Shown here: positions 25,264 to 37,974 of the stretch, in pieces
How the letters are laid out: every line of letters begins with the position of its first letter
Position numbering within the stretch: position 1 is the stretch's first letter
Assembly (NCBI GenBank): GCA_051362555.1
Contig: CM120647.1
Coordinates: 12,438,651-12,502,650 of the forward strand
Origin: Lingula anatina
Lineage: Eukaryota; Animalia; Brachiopoda
Reading direction: 5' to 3'
Length of the DNA stretch: 64,000 bases
The notes under the pieces: model-generated
What the model was told of the DNA's origin: nothing
The model's database searches: none
What the model saw: the letters and a program-made list of their open reading frames with translations, nothing else
Position numbers and translations under genes: made by a program

Positions 25264-26897
25264 ATGGCGTACACGAGGACCATTGGCGTGGTAGATTACG
25301 TTGTCATGTGTGCGGTTCTACTTGTGTCTGCCTCTGTAGGGGTCATCTTCTCACGAACCGGGGGACGCCAAAAGACAACTCGAGAGTACCTGCTGGCGAA
25401 CAGGGATATGGGCTTCTTGCCTGTGGCTCTGTCCATCATAGTGTCGTATATATCGGGGATTATGATTCTAGGGTAGGTACCGTAGAGTTCATAATTAAGT
25501 TTCCGTTGTATTCCGGTTTACAACGTTTAAAATATTTGAATCCCTATTTTGTAAATAGAAGTGGGTGGGCAAACAATGGACAACCATATCAAGACCGTTT
25601 AATTTCAAACGGAAAAACACACTAGCTTAGACGGAATAACACAATAGTTTAGACGAGTGAACACCTTACCATGACGCCGGTATCTGTGGTCCAGCGTTAG
25701 TGCGTAGGTTTTAATAATTAACAATCACTGAAAGTCGTTCCTAATTCTTCGTGAAAAAATTATACACTGACGTCGCGCCTTAGGTCTGCGTATTATCATT
25801 TCTACACGTTTACACACAAATATGGAAGCTACTAAGGATGCTCTTCGTTTCCTTTCTGGTAGGGTTATTATATAATAATCTTTTCGAAATAACTAATGGT
25901 AATTGCCATGAAAACACGAAAAAAGAAGTGGTGCATGTTACACGGACATTTCAAGAGTTTATAGACTCTCACTGCAGTATCCAATAGTATCCGAACAACT
26001 CTGTTAACAAGACAATTAATAAAAGACCCCGCTTCGTGTTTCCAATCAACGATTTGCCCTAGAATATATTTTCTTATAAATGTAGGAGTTTATTATAACA
26101 ATAAGTATAATGGCATTTGTAGTTGTTTAGCAGTTTTCAGTATTCAGTATTCAAATTTACAAATAAAATTATAGCATACTGTCTAAGCATACTTTTAGCA
26201 TACTGTGTAGGCTGTGAGGGCACAATCCCTTTGAATGTGTCAGATCTACAGTCCGCTATGTTTACCTAAAAAACGAGGGGCAAAGCATATAGCCCTATCA
26301 TCTTGGCCCAATATAATCTTGCTTTGAAAAGGTGAAAAATAACGGGAATTATCAATCATTAGTTTAAGCACACTCTCTCTCAATCCATGAAAAGCAAATG
26401 GCATCCGATTAGTTCGTTTATTAACACGAACAAGTACGTATAATTTCACGAAGCAGACCTCAGGCGTAAATAACTTGTTGGCCACGGGTCCCTTACAAAA
26501 ATTGTATGTGCACATGCAATTTACAAACCGGGGAATTATATTTGTGATCTGTACAAGTAGCATAAATACTGCAGAACAAGTTATTTGTGAACTTGAAAAT
26601 TGAAGGACTTGAAAGAGAATTTTATTTACTTTGATTTCAGATCAGTCACAGCTTTTAAGGCAAAAAAATTCACCAGCTATATATATAAACGTGTTGACAG
26701 TACCTCGTCAGTTCTCTTTTGACTTGCTGGCATTGTGAAAAGAAAAATGGCTATAAAATAAAAAAAATAAATAAAATATTTATCTATCTAGTAACAAAAG
26801 TTGAAAAAGGCCTGTCTCCACTCTTCAAAATATTACATGCAGAAAATTGAGGAGAGAACAGTCTACCAGTATCAATTTTTTTCGTGTTGCGCTCCTT

Positions 26898-26938
<41 letters not shown>

Positions 26939-29900
26939 GTATTTTCCCCTCTTTCTGTAATATTTACTGTCTTTTGTAAATACGATCAGCGTTTAAAACG
27001 TTCACTAGTATCTCTAAAATCTGAAAATGATGACTTCAATCACTTCCATTAATCATGGTAAAATGGTACTAGTCTGTTACAGAAATGTTGAAATACACAC
27101 AGTGTGATTTTGTACGTATTTTAGAGGGAAGTAAAATATTTCCAGGAAAGTCATTGGTGATACAACTGTAGAGGGTGCAAGTGAGGAGTTATATATGGTT
27201 GTCTACAAAGTAATATTCTGGGTACCTCTCATCAACATTCAACTGCAAATTGCCCCACATCACACTTATTATGCCTATGTTATTTCAACTTGTACATTTT
27301 CAAGTAGGCCTAGTTGGGTTGTTTATTTGTCTCGCTTTGAGTTTTTTTTTCATATATCGTGATGTAACGTTCGTTACATGTGCAGAAATTGGAAAATTAC
27401 CATGCCCTATTCAAAATCAAATATTTCAGTCGCATCGTTGGGATTGTATGCTAAATCATGGAATATGTGGTTCAAATACTATATGGAAATGTACAATTAT
27501 AGACACGTTTTAAGAATTTTTTTTTACTGTCCTCAACTCTAAATGTTCATTCTTATTGACCTTGGGTGTATAAACCCTATTCGTATAGCTCACTGGTACA
27601 AGCCAGGATAAGCTATTGTTTTACACGTTATTTTATTCACAGGTACACAACTGAAATATATCAGCACGGCATCCAGATAGTGATGTTTAATCTGTTTAAC
27701 ATCCTGGCCTACGTGATCTCTGCATTTACCTTCGTCCCCTTTATCCGGAAACTGCAGATAACGAGTTCATTTGAGGTAAAAAGGACCGCATCCACAACCA
27801 AATTTGATCCGCGGGCTTACAGATCTGCGGATCGAATGTGGCCGACCCGCTTTGTAGCCTGCTGTGTAGTCACCGCGGGGAATCTGTTCATTGTCTATTA
27901 GGGATTTGTATATAATGCGTGATGCTTTCAAGTGAGTCGGCCATATTTGACCCGCGGATATGTTGTCAGCGGATCATCTTGTTCTGAATGCGACCAATGT
28001 CACCAAAGGTTTACAGCTGTGTTCCACTTATCCGCTTAGTACAGATAACAAGTTGTTTCGAGGTCAGATTGTCACCAAATAAGATTGGGGGGGGGGGGGG
28101 GGGGAGAGAGGGGCGGGGGGAGGGGGGGGGACCGTGACCCTACTGTGTCTGTGTTCAAGGAGTGTTTTCATCGGAGATGGGTAGACCCTATCTCATGCGA
28201 CCTAGCAATAACTTTTTACACCTAATATTGGTCTTAACTTTTAAACTAAAAACTTTGGTCTACTTCAAGAGTCCATTATATATATATCCACTGTGAGTTC
28301 TGGTGGTAAGAAACACCAGCCATGTATTTCTTGTAACAAAGCATTGTTGTAAGATTTCATATGCGTAGTCAGGATACGTATATTGGTTTCCCCTGCAAAA
28401 ATTTGTCTCATTTAACACTCGCTTACGGTTCTCAATCTATTCCAGAACATAATGTTTTTCTCTTTCAATGAAAAATGTTCTTAAACTGTTCTAGGACATT
28501 CTGAAGGACTTCTAAAAAACACAATTCTCGAATTGTTACATTCATTACAGAACAACATTAGAACGTTAAAGAAACACACCAAATGTTCTAGAATGCATTG
28601 AGAATCGTAAGTGAACGTTGAATGAGACAAAATTTTGCAGGGGTTAGTCCTGCTTAACTGCTTCTACTTTCTTATTCCAGTATCTTGAGCGAAGGTACCG
28701 GTCGAAAACAGTACGCCGCCTTGGGTCTCTACTGGGGATACTGTCCGCGGTGAATATTAATAAAACAAATCATACGTATACATGTTGTGAATGTACAGAA
28801 TGCTCTGTCACCAAGGAGTGCTGCTTGTGATGAGAAGTGGCAAAATTCATATTCATTTTTGGACTGGGGATTAATTAGAGAACTGTTAATCATTCTGAAA
28901 ACATTATTTATTTTGTTGAGAATATGATTTGATTGTCAGTATCTAAGTACGTGCTGAATTTAATCTATCAGTACGCTTTATTTTTCGTTAAGAGTTTGCT
29001 TAAAGCTAAGAATGAAAGAGAGAGAGACAGAGAGAGAGAAGTTTTGTTGGATTTTATTAATGTCATGATGTACAAAATAAACCGCAACCTTCATTACAGA
29101 CGCTGTACCTTGGAACTGCGACAAACGCCACAGCCACGGCCGTGGAGGCAGGTAAGGGTTGGCTTTATACACACGAAAGGTTCTAGTCCAAAACCTTGAT
29201 CTAATGACATCATATGTTGAAGTGAAGTAAAAACTACAGTTCTTCCACCCGTGGCCCATCGACACAGAAACGGCAGGTCCGGTCTTCCATTTTTTCACCT
29301 ATATATCGGAGATATCATCTTCCGGTTTTAATCCCAAGTAATTGCAAGTATGAAATGTGAGCCTTCAGCTTTGCTCAACCCAAGGAAGTTCAATATACGT
29401 CCTTGCTCAACTTCAGCTTTGTGAATAGAAGCTATCGTAGTTGTCGTAGGTTCTTGACGTAGAAGTAGTAGTAGTAGCATTGTGTTATTACAGTATGTCC
29501 ATTAGGTGAGCGGCAGAAGGCCAAAATTTTCAGATTTAGTGTCCCCTTTATACACAGACCTGAATTATATATCATTTGAAAGCTCAGAGTCTGCTGGTCA
29601 AAGTTAGCCATGATGTGGAAATGGCAATTGCCTGCGTAACCATGGAAACGGACAATTTCCAAGATGACCGCCTGTTCTTTTGCATTTTTTCTAAAAATAC
29701 AAATCATTGATAAACATACCTTAAACATTGTCTATCATCTAACCTTTACATGTTATGATAGGCTATACCGGTAGGCTAATACCTAGCAGAACACGCCTAC
29801 AGAAATACATACTTTCATATCGAACCAAATATAATTACAACATAAGTGCAAAAGCGTCACATGTCTTTACTTATCCTCAGAACATTATATACAAATTCGC

Positions 29901-30492
29901 AAACGTCGTTTTCCTGAATTTAACAACTATAAATGCTTATGTATATGTTTCAGTGACCGACCTCCCAACGTGGGCATCTATTGTGATAGTGTCCACAGTG
30001 TGTATATTCTATACAACTTTGGTAAGCAGTTTTAAGCCTTATTCTGATAAACCCTTATTATCCTGATTCGGATAGACCCTTCCTACTAGCTGAATCTGTC
30101 CACCTTTGCGGGAAATTGTCTCTAAGACTGGGTTCCCATGCCTAGACCGATCCATCTGGATCGGTCTAACTCCCTGGAGAGTCTCACTTAATTGCTTTAA
30201 AGTAACTGGCTGAAATGTCTGTATGATAAAAAAATTCATGGTTATTTGATTTAACATTTTAAAATGTTATAGTTTAAATTTTGAATCACCTTTTAACTTC
30301 CTACATTGCAAAAGATTATGCAGTTCACATTGTCTTGAACCATGACTGTATTACAGTGCATCCTCCATTTTCGCTCTTCTTTGTAGGGAGGTATAAAGGC
30401 GGTACTGTGGACCGACGTCTTCCAATTCGTCGTTATGGTGACGGCCATGCTAGCAATATTAATCAAGGTATGTCACACGATTTAAGATAGGT

Positions 30493-30563
<71 letters not shown>

Positions 30564-33415
30564 CTCTTAAATGTACACTATTTGAGTTTGAAACTGTCCC
30601 AAGTCTTATTTTCTGTGCTTTACTTATGAGCATTAGTGTATATCCTGCGAAGTTACATGTATTTATCCTTCCCAATCCACGCCTTTCAAACGATAAAAGC
30701 CATCTGAAATGTAAAGGACGACAAGGTGATTTAACATTTCGGGAAACATTTAAAACTGAATTATTTAATTGAAATAATACCAAACATCGAATTCAAGTGT
30801 AGAGACGGGTCAATATTCCTGAGTTTGAAAAATATACTTTTTTCAAGGAAAATTCGCATTGGCGGGAGAATTCCTTTAAGGAGCTCAGTCTTTAGACAGG
30901 ACTTGAACGAAAATTAAAAATGAAATGAAATGTAAATAATAGAGAGAAAGAAGAACGGAAAGGGAATGAAACCCTAGCTAACTCCATTTCATTTTTAAAG
31001 TTCTTTAGTTAAGCGAAGACAAGAAACACATTTTACCGCTAAACATCCCCTTGTGTATGCCTCCCCCCCCCCCCCCCCCCCAAATGGAATAGAATAGAAT
31101 AAAATAACCCGTCGCTGTGGTATTGCATTTTTGACAGTAGTTCTACGGTATCTAATATTTACAGGGCTACATAACAATAGGAGGAATGTCTCCGGCCTGG
31201 GATGCTATGGCAGCAGGAGACAGATTGAATTTCTTCGTGTAGGTACAGATAAAAATAGATGTAATTATTACATATTTATGTTTTTATTTTTACTTCACAA
31301 ACTGGGCAGTTGTATTATGTTTGCAATTTTATTGTTAATGTTATTGCATTTCACTTAATAATTAATCATAAGTCTGACCAACCTCTATCTTTCTGACACT
31401 TTTTCTGTAAAACAGATTGCATCAAATGTGGGCCATTTAGTATGTAAGACTTATGACGTCATTCTTTTGTTACGTCACATAATCTTCATAATGCATGATC
31501 ACCGCCATAGGTTTGACCTGTATAAAGCTATTCGCCACTCATTCCATGATGTACATTTTACTGAATATAACCCATCTATCATCACTCGGCAATCCTCGGC
31601 TGACTCCGGTGTGGCGTGATAGACCCGTGCCGTGACGAAACCGTTCTGCACATGCGCATTGAGGGTAGATTGAAAGAAGTAACTTCCGGTATGACGATGT
31701 CGTCCTAAGTAGGCGCTATGTTTGCACTGAACTATGATCTTTCAATTCATAATTCAGTGGTTTTCGTCATGAGAGAGAAAATATTTGATAATCTTATTAC
31801 TACAGTATACGGGGGAATGTTTGAAGTGAACTTTTGATCGTGACTGAACTGTTTTGCTCTGTGTGAAAAACGTGGTAGATCTAAGACTCGTAGTTAAATG
31901 TTTTCACTCTACAATGTTCTTTCAATTCAGAGTTCAGTCATTTTCATTAAAAAGAAATTGTGTGTTTGATAATACTACAACTTTCTCTACGGGGAAATGT
32001 TGGAAATGCATGTGCAGCTACGTACTGTAAGTCAACAGACTGCTACCCCCGCGTGAATAATCCGTCAGAACGGTTTATTTACGACGACGGTTTCTTCACG
32101 TGACACCGGTACACTCCATACATATTGTCGAGTGCGCGAGACATCCGAGTAGTTCTGAGTGATGTATCATTGAACAATTGTGACGTCATACCGTTATTAC
32201 GTCATACAGTACTCTTTACCGCAGGTTTGACCCGTCTCCGACCACTCGTCACTCATTCTGGACAATGCTAATTGGGACCACCTTTCTGTCCATTGGGTTC
32301 TCATGTTTCAACCAGGCCAGTGTACAGAGGATTGGCTCCGTCAAGACGGACAAAGATGCAGTAAAGTTAGTTAATATATCGTGCTGAATGTACACTTTCG
32401 ATCACTACTGATTTGTTAGGTACTGTAGAATTAGAAAAGTTTAAGAGTATAATATAATTGTCAACATATTGACCTAGAATCTGAAGGTTTAAGGTGACTG
32501 TCAGGCTTACTGATATAAAATACATTAAGTGAATTTTTTCGTGCATGTAATTCTTCAATAATGTATGTACCGTTTTGCTAAACCAACACTGATTTAGCAT
32601 ATGGGGTAGACAACAAATTTGATCGGCATTGGAGAAGTATGTGAACTTTGCAACCGTGTTTTAAAATGCAAAGTGCCTTAAAAGCAGGCAGTTGAGAACG
32701 ACAAGCGTACACTGTAGATCTTAGGGTTATGAGGAAACCAAAAATAAATAAATAAATAAAAATTTTGTTTAGAACTTGAGACATGGTGACGTATGAAGTG
32801 TCGTCATTACGTTTTCTAGTGTGCACTGAGGTCATTTCGACGCCGCAGGAGTGTTGGAAGGACAGTGACGTATGAATGCCAAAATGTGTCATTCATTTCC
32901 ATACCATACGTTTACTTTTTAGGGTTCTCAAAATTTACACCATTATTTTAACAGATATATATGAAAACAGCATCCTACTTTTTTATCCCGAATTAAGTTA
33001 ATCTCGTTTCACACTTTTTTCATATAGGGCTGTGCTGATGAACGCACCATTTCTGCTGGTCCTTACCGTCCCTGCCGCCCTGTGTGGAATAGCAGTTTAC
33101 ACACATTACACTTTGCTGAGGTGTGACCCGTTAAAGATGAAATACGTCAAGAATGAGAACGAGGTGATGACAACTTGTAGTGCCTCTATGTTTGTCTAAC
33201 AGGCCCGTGGATCAAATATGGCCGACCCACTTGGATGCTCGTTGCGTAATCACCGCGGGGAATATGTTTAGTGTTTAATCGCGAATTGAGCGGCAAGCTT
33301 TTTAGTGGGTCGCCATATTTGATCCGCAGATCTGTTAGTCCGCTGTTCTGAATGTATTTCAGTTTGTATTTCAGCCCGTCTATCTTCCCAACTATCCACA
33401 TTTTCAACGCCTCTC

Positions 33416-33454
<39 letters not shown>

Positions 33455-34533
33455 CTTGGGTGTGACGATTCTATTTTTAGACAGCATATTTTCATCTTGC
33501 TCCTTGTCTTAAGATGCCCCTCAAAATTCAACATCTCTGCGTCTATTTTCTAGTGTGTTTCCTGTGATATAACTACGAGCTTACTTTCTCCATAGATTCT
33601 ATACTATCACCCTTAGTCAAATAATTCTCCCACTTTTTCACTAAAATGCTTCTTATTTATAGCTACTGGCTTATTATGTGATGGATGTTCTGCAAGATTT
33701 GCCGGGAGTTCCCGGTCTGTTTATTGCCGCGCTGATGTCGGGCGCTCTCAGGTATATTGTGATATTATGTTGTCTTTTATTTTAGAAAAAATCTTGAAAA
33801 GGTTGGTATAATGCAATATGTCCTTTAAAGAGTCCGGGGTTAAGTTTTTTATCTTTATCGTTCCCTCTTTTAATTAATAAATAAATTAATCAATTAATAC
33901 TTTTTTACGTAACTTACGTATTTTAGGGATTTATTACGTGAAATTATGGTGTGCTTGTTGGCTTTTTTCCTTGTTTTGTTATGGATATCTGTTGCGCCTA
34001 ATTTTGTATCATTTTATCTCTTACATCAAATAAAATTTATATATGATAATTTAAAAGGAACAGATAGATAGATATATAAAGATACAGAGAAAATACACCG
34101 ACGTTGTTAAAAGTTGTATCATTTTGAATTTTCTCCAGTTCTAATTCCTCTTCTCTCAACGGCATAGCTGCAATTTTATGGGAGGATTTCCTTAAATATC
34201 GGTATGGCAAGATTAGCGACTGGAAGGCGGCGCTTATAGCCAAAATAACAGGTAATACCTAAATGAAGTTTCGCAGTATTCCTGGTTAGATAATTATAAA
34301 TTATTTCGCTCACCATTTCATGGATTGAGTCTTTGTAGGGTCACAAAAATACGTTTGTTTGGAATCGAATTCAACTTTTACTTTCAATTTAAAATCAAAT
34401 TAAACTAGGAATTTAAAGTAATAGACCCACTTCTGCCCCCTGGCTTTTAGTACTTTTTCGGTCTGTTTGCATTTGTTTCTAAATTTCGCTCTTCGTTTTT
34501 TGCTAAAATATGTGTTCACATTAATTTCTTACA

Positions 34534-34576
<43 letters not shown>

Positions 34577-34795
34577 GCTACCTGATTTCAGTTATCGTGT
34601 TTGGTGGTATAGGGACCTTGGTAGCATTCATGGTGACTCTAATAGGTGGAACAATATTCCAGGCACGTAATCTAAATAATCTTTTAAATGTTAATTCACC
34701 GTACAAATCAGATACGTTTCACTATTCTTAAAATAATCATTATTGTATCATATTTTTATGATAATTAGTGTAATACTATAATCATCATTAGTGTA

Positions 34796-34845
<50 letters not shown>

Positions 34846-37067
34846 TATTGATTTTGTTAGATTTAGCTTGCTTTTACCTATGACATTGAAGAGTACGATG
34901 GGATCAAACGCGGTGCACAGCAGGCGGGTTTTAGTTTCAGCGAGGCCCTAATTAGTGGAAATGTTCAAACGTGTAAGAACTGGCGCGATTTCCATTCAAG
35001 CAATTGCGGCAATGCAAATGTTGAGTAAAACATATTTGGCTAATAAGTCCGCCGAGATGTCATTTTTTTTCTGCTGAACGCGGTTAACAGTTGGCATGAC
35101 GTAGTGTTATACCGGAAAGCAACTGAATCAATTCAAGTTCGATCGGTTTCATTGATATCCAGCTCGGAACGTTCATAGTTGGACTGTCTCAGATGCTTTT
35201 ATTTTCATTTTATTTTTGCTCTGAGATAACTTTTGTTTCCACCTTTGATATATATATCTATTTGGTCTTATTTTAAATGTCGAAAGGGATTCATTAACCA
35301 TTGTTAATAATGGGAAAATCCCCGTTTACCTCAGAAAAAGCCCATTTCTTACCTTTAAAGGTACCGTTAAATGAAGGTCGACGATGGAATATTAAAACAC
35401 CGTTCCAGTTAAAAGAAAATGTATTTTTTTTTTACTTTTCAGATTGCACTAGGGTTTGATGGTGCCACCAACGGGCCGTTATTCGGTCTTTTCTTTCTGG
35501 GTATTCTGTGTCCGTTCGCCAATTGGCAGGTAAGATATCTGCTGTGGTTCTAAGGTTTGACTTTGAATTCAACAATTGCAGGAATCCACTGGCATTGTGA
35601 AGTTTATGTTAAAAAAGGAACTTTTTGAGTAGTAATTTTTGGTACAAAAATGATTTCCTTTAGTTTCTCTGTAGTAGCTAACTCAGTTTAAACGATTTCT
35701 TGAAAGGAACAGTCTAAATCACAAAATATAATACTTCTTGACAAAATAAGTTGGCACACTTATATCTGACTGCTTAAACACATCTAAATTAATTGTGTCT
35801 GCTCTTGAACTTGTAGCTTTTGAAATAATTTAATAATATTTTCTTAGATATCCATTTCAATATTCACTTTAAGAGACTAAGTAAAACTTTAAACACGAAG
35901 TTTTTTGTTTATGCACTCAATATATATAGTATTTATATTTTACAAACACAGTAAAAAAATCCCCTAACTAGGCTATTAAAGAAATATTTCTCATAGCCGG
36001 GTTCAGAATTTATTCACACCAAAAATAATCTAAATGTCTTCAGCCAGCCGTATTCAAGACACACTGTTACACTCAGCCCTTTCGTATTTTATAGGGGGCT
36101 CTAACAGGGGGAGCCACCAGCGTTGCCATTCTACTGTGGTTGAATATTGGCAGTCAACTTACATCATCCACTTCTTATAATCCCATTCTGCCGTCCGTTC
36201 CCAGCGACCGCTGCGAGATTAACGCCACCGTGAACGAGACTTGGACATATGACGTCACGACTGTTTGGAATGCTCAAAGTAACGTCACAACCCTTGGTGC
36301 TGTAATGAGTGGAACAGGGTCACAGTCTTAGTAAGACATGTTAACTCCTATGTTGATAATACATAATCCCTACATGTATAGAGAGCCATCGTGTCTTTTT
36401 TTTAATACTAATGCATCCGGGCCATAAAAAAAAAAGTTATCCTATACATGACCCCGTAAACTGTATTTCAAATGAATATTACCCATAGACGTCATATTTT
36501 AAACTGCTATGCAATTTTATTTTACATTTTCAGTTCAGGATTAAACGGATTTTATGCCACGTCCTATTTGTACTATTCACCTCTTGGTATCCTTACCACA
36601 GTATTGGTTGGGGCTGCTGTCAGCGCCATCATCAGTAAGTACATGTAGCAACTGGTAGTCGCGTAAGGTTTAAGAGCGTGGATGAGGCACGGGGGTGTGG
36701 GTGGGGGGGGGGGCAGCTGGGGGTCTGAAAAGCTGGGTGGTCAGGGGTAGATTCACAAAGCCAGGCGTACTGCCTTCTATCGGGTATAAATCATTTTCCA
36801 GTCGTTTGGTGATCGTTCCATAGGAACTATATTTGCAATTTCGTTGCATATTGTGTCAAAAAGTTAAAATGCATATCTTAAACAATATTTGAATTATTCA
36901 TTCAATTGTTTTCAGATCGTTACACGCGCAGACAGCCGTATTTTGACAAGAATTTGGTGCTAAGTCCCTTACGACGTTTCGTTCACAGCAAAACGAAATA
37001 CGCATACGAGTTGGAAGCGACCCCGCCAACCGAGGAAAGTTGTCATGCAGCGTTAACTGACTCGTAA
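25264..37067 (+). CDS. SLC5 sodium:solute symporter, SLC5A8/SLC5A12/SLC5A6/NIS (SMCT-like) clade, 603 aa, 16 exons
   Basis: Exons 25264-25472, 27643-27775, 28681-28749, 29100-29151, 29954-30021, 30387-30467, 31165-31238, 32225-32365, 33028-33163, 33663-33751, 34139-34251, 34592-34662, 35443-35529, 36095-36330, 36534-36634, 36916-37067 give an intact 1812-nt frame. Family motifs: EYLLANRDM..LPVALS, EYLERRY, GGIKAVLWTDVFQ, FDPSPTTRHSFW, NQASVQR, CDP, LPGVPGLFIAALMSGALSS, GPLFGLFFLGI, FYATSYLYY. Confidence 0.93.
27782..27995. mobile_element. MITE family A copy (GGCCGCATTCAC-type ends; gatcaaatatggccgacccac core)
   Basis: ggaccgcatccacaac ... gttctgaatgcgacc with long imperfect inverted arms, 6 nt after the SLC5 exon 2 donor. 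Confidence 0.8.
28390..28643. mobile_element. MITE with ~60-bp CCCCTGCAAAA TIRs
   Basis: cccctgcaaaaatttgtctcattt...cgcttacggttctcaat / attgagaatcgtaagtg...aatgagacaaaattttgcagggg, flanked by tt on both sides (possible 2-bp TSD). Confidence 0.8.
30495..30558. repeat. (TA)n microsatellite
   Basis: Directly visible. Confidence 0.95.
31579..32167. mobile_element. Nested elements: a ~500-bp TIR element (31606-32109) inserted in a short palindromic element
   Basis: Inner TIR ccggtgtggcgtgatagacccgtgccgtgacgaaaccgttctg / cagaacggtttatttacgacgacggtttcttcacgtgacaccgg, with an internal direct repeat of ~180-nt period. Outer arms atcactcggcaatcctcgg / ccgagtagttctgagtgat. Confidence 0.7.
33195..33355. 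mobile_element. MITE family A copy
   Basis: ggatcaaatatggccgacccacttg ... gtgggtcgccatatttgatccgcagatctgttagtccgctgttctgaatg. Confidence 0.8.
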
Positions 37068-37085
37068 ACTGTCTTGCCCACCACT

Positions 37086-37251
37086 GGTTGCATTCGCAAC
37101 AGAGGGCTAATAGATCCCACTTGAATGCTTGTCGCTTAATTCTCGCGGGGAATGTATTCAGTGTCTACAAGGGGATTATGCCGCAAATTGTCAAGTGGGT
37201 TGGCCCTATTTGATCTCTTACTCCGCGTATCTATTTGTTCTGGATGTGGCC
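37086..37251. mobile_element. MITE family A copy in the SLC5 3' UTR
   Basis: ggttgcattcgcaac...ggggaatgtattcagtgtctac...caagtgggttggccctatttgatc...gttctggatgtggcc; starts 19 nt after the stop codon. Confidence 0.65.
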
Positions 37252-37974
37252 ATTCATATATCTAGCCGACGTGAGAGAGCCAGCGCTAGTCCAACAGAAT
37301 GTTGGTATCAAATTCAGACATATTCCATTGATTAAAGACCTACGTAAATAACATGACAGAATCGATATGTAGTTTGGGGCATGTAAAGAGTAACATTCCG
37401 TTTTTACTACATTCAAAGCAATACAATGTATAACGATGTCTCATTATGGGTACATATTGTTATGAAAAATTTGTCCTACAGCTGAATATGTAAAAAGTAA
37501 TATTATATAAAAAGTACTTTTAAAAGCAAGATGTTGTAAACAAACATTGCAACTCTGCGGTCAGAGTTTCAGGTTTGGGGCACGCCAACAGCCAACGCGT
37601 AGAGCCTGATTCAAATCGCCTTTGAAGTTTCTAAAAAAGAGGTTCTACGTTGTATGTGACTTGTGTGTTGTTATTATTGTTTTTTAAACGACATGGGTCG
37701 TCGTTTTATGATAAGGTCTGTGTCTTTTAGATATCACAGCCGAGTTCTACTTAAAAGTAGTGCTAAGCAAAATTGATGAACGATATATGCATCGTTGCCT
37801 GGCAACACAGATATTGCTGGCAGAGGCCCACCCCGTTAAAATGGCCCCATCGGGTCGAATAAAAAATGGAAAACTATGGATATGAAAATTAAGAATAATT
37901 TTAGTTCACATTGATTTTCACTTGGAATAAGCCATATAAATGGTTGGTCATACGTAGTCCTAGTACCTGTATTT

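Noticed and set aside
29330-29740. Possible Helitron/Helentron-type non-autonomous fragment (atatatcatttgaaagc and ccatggaaac motifs)
   Set aside because: No termini or second copy identifiable within the window.
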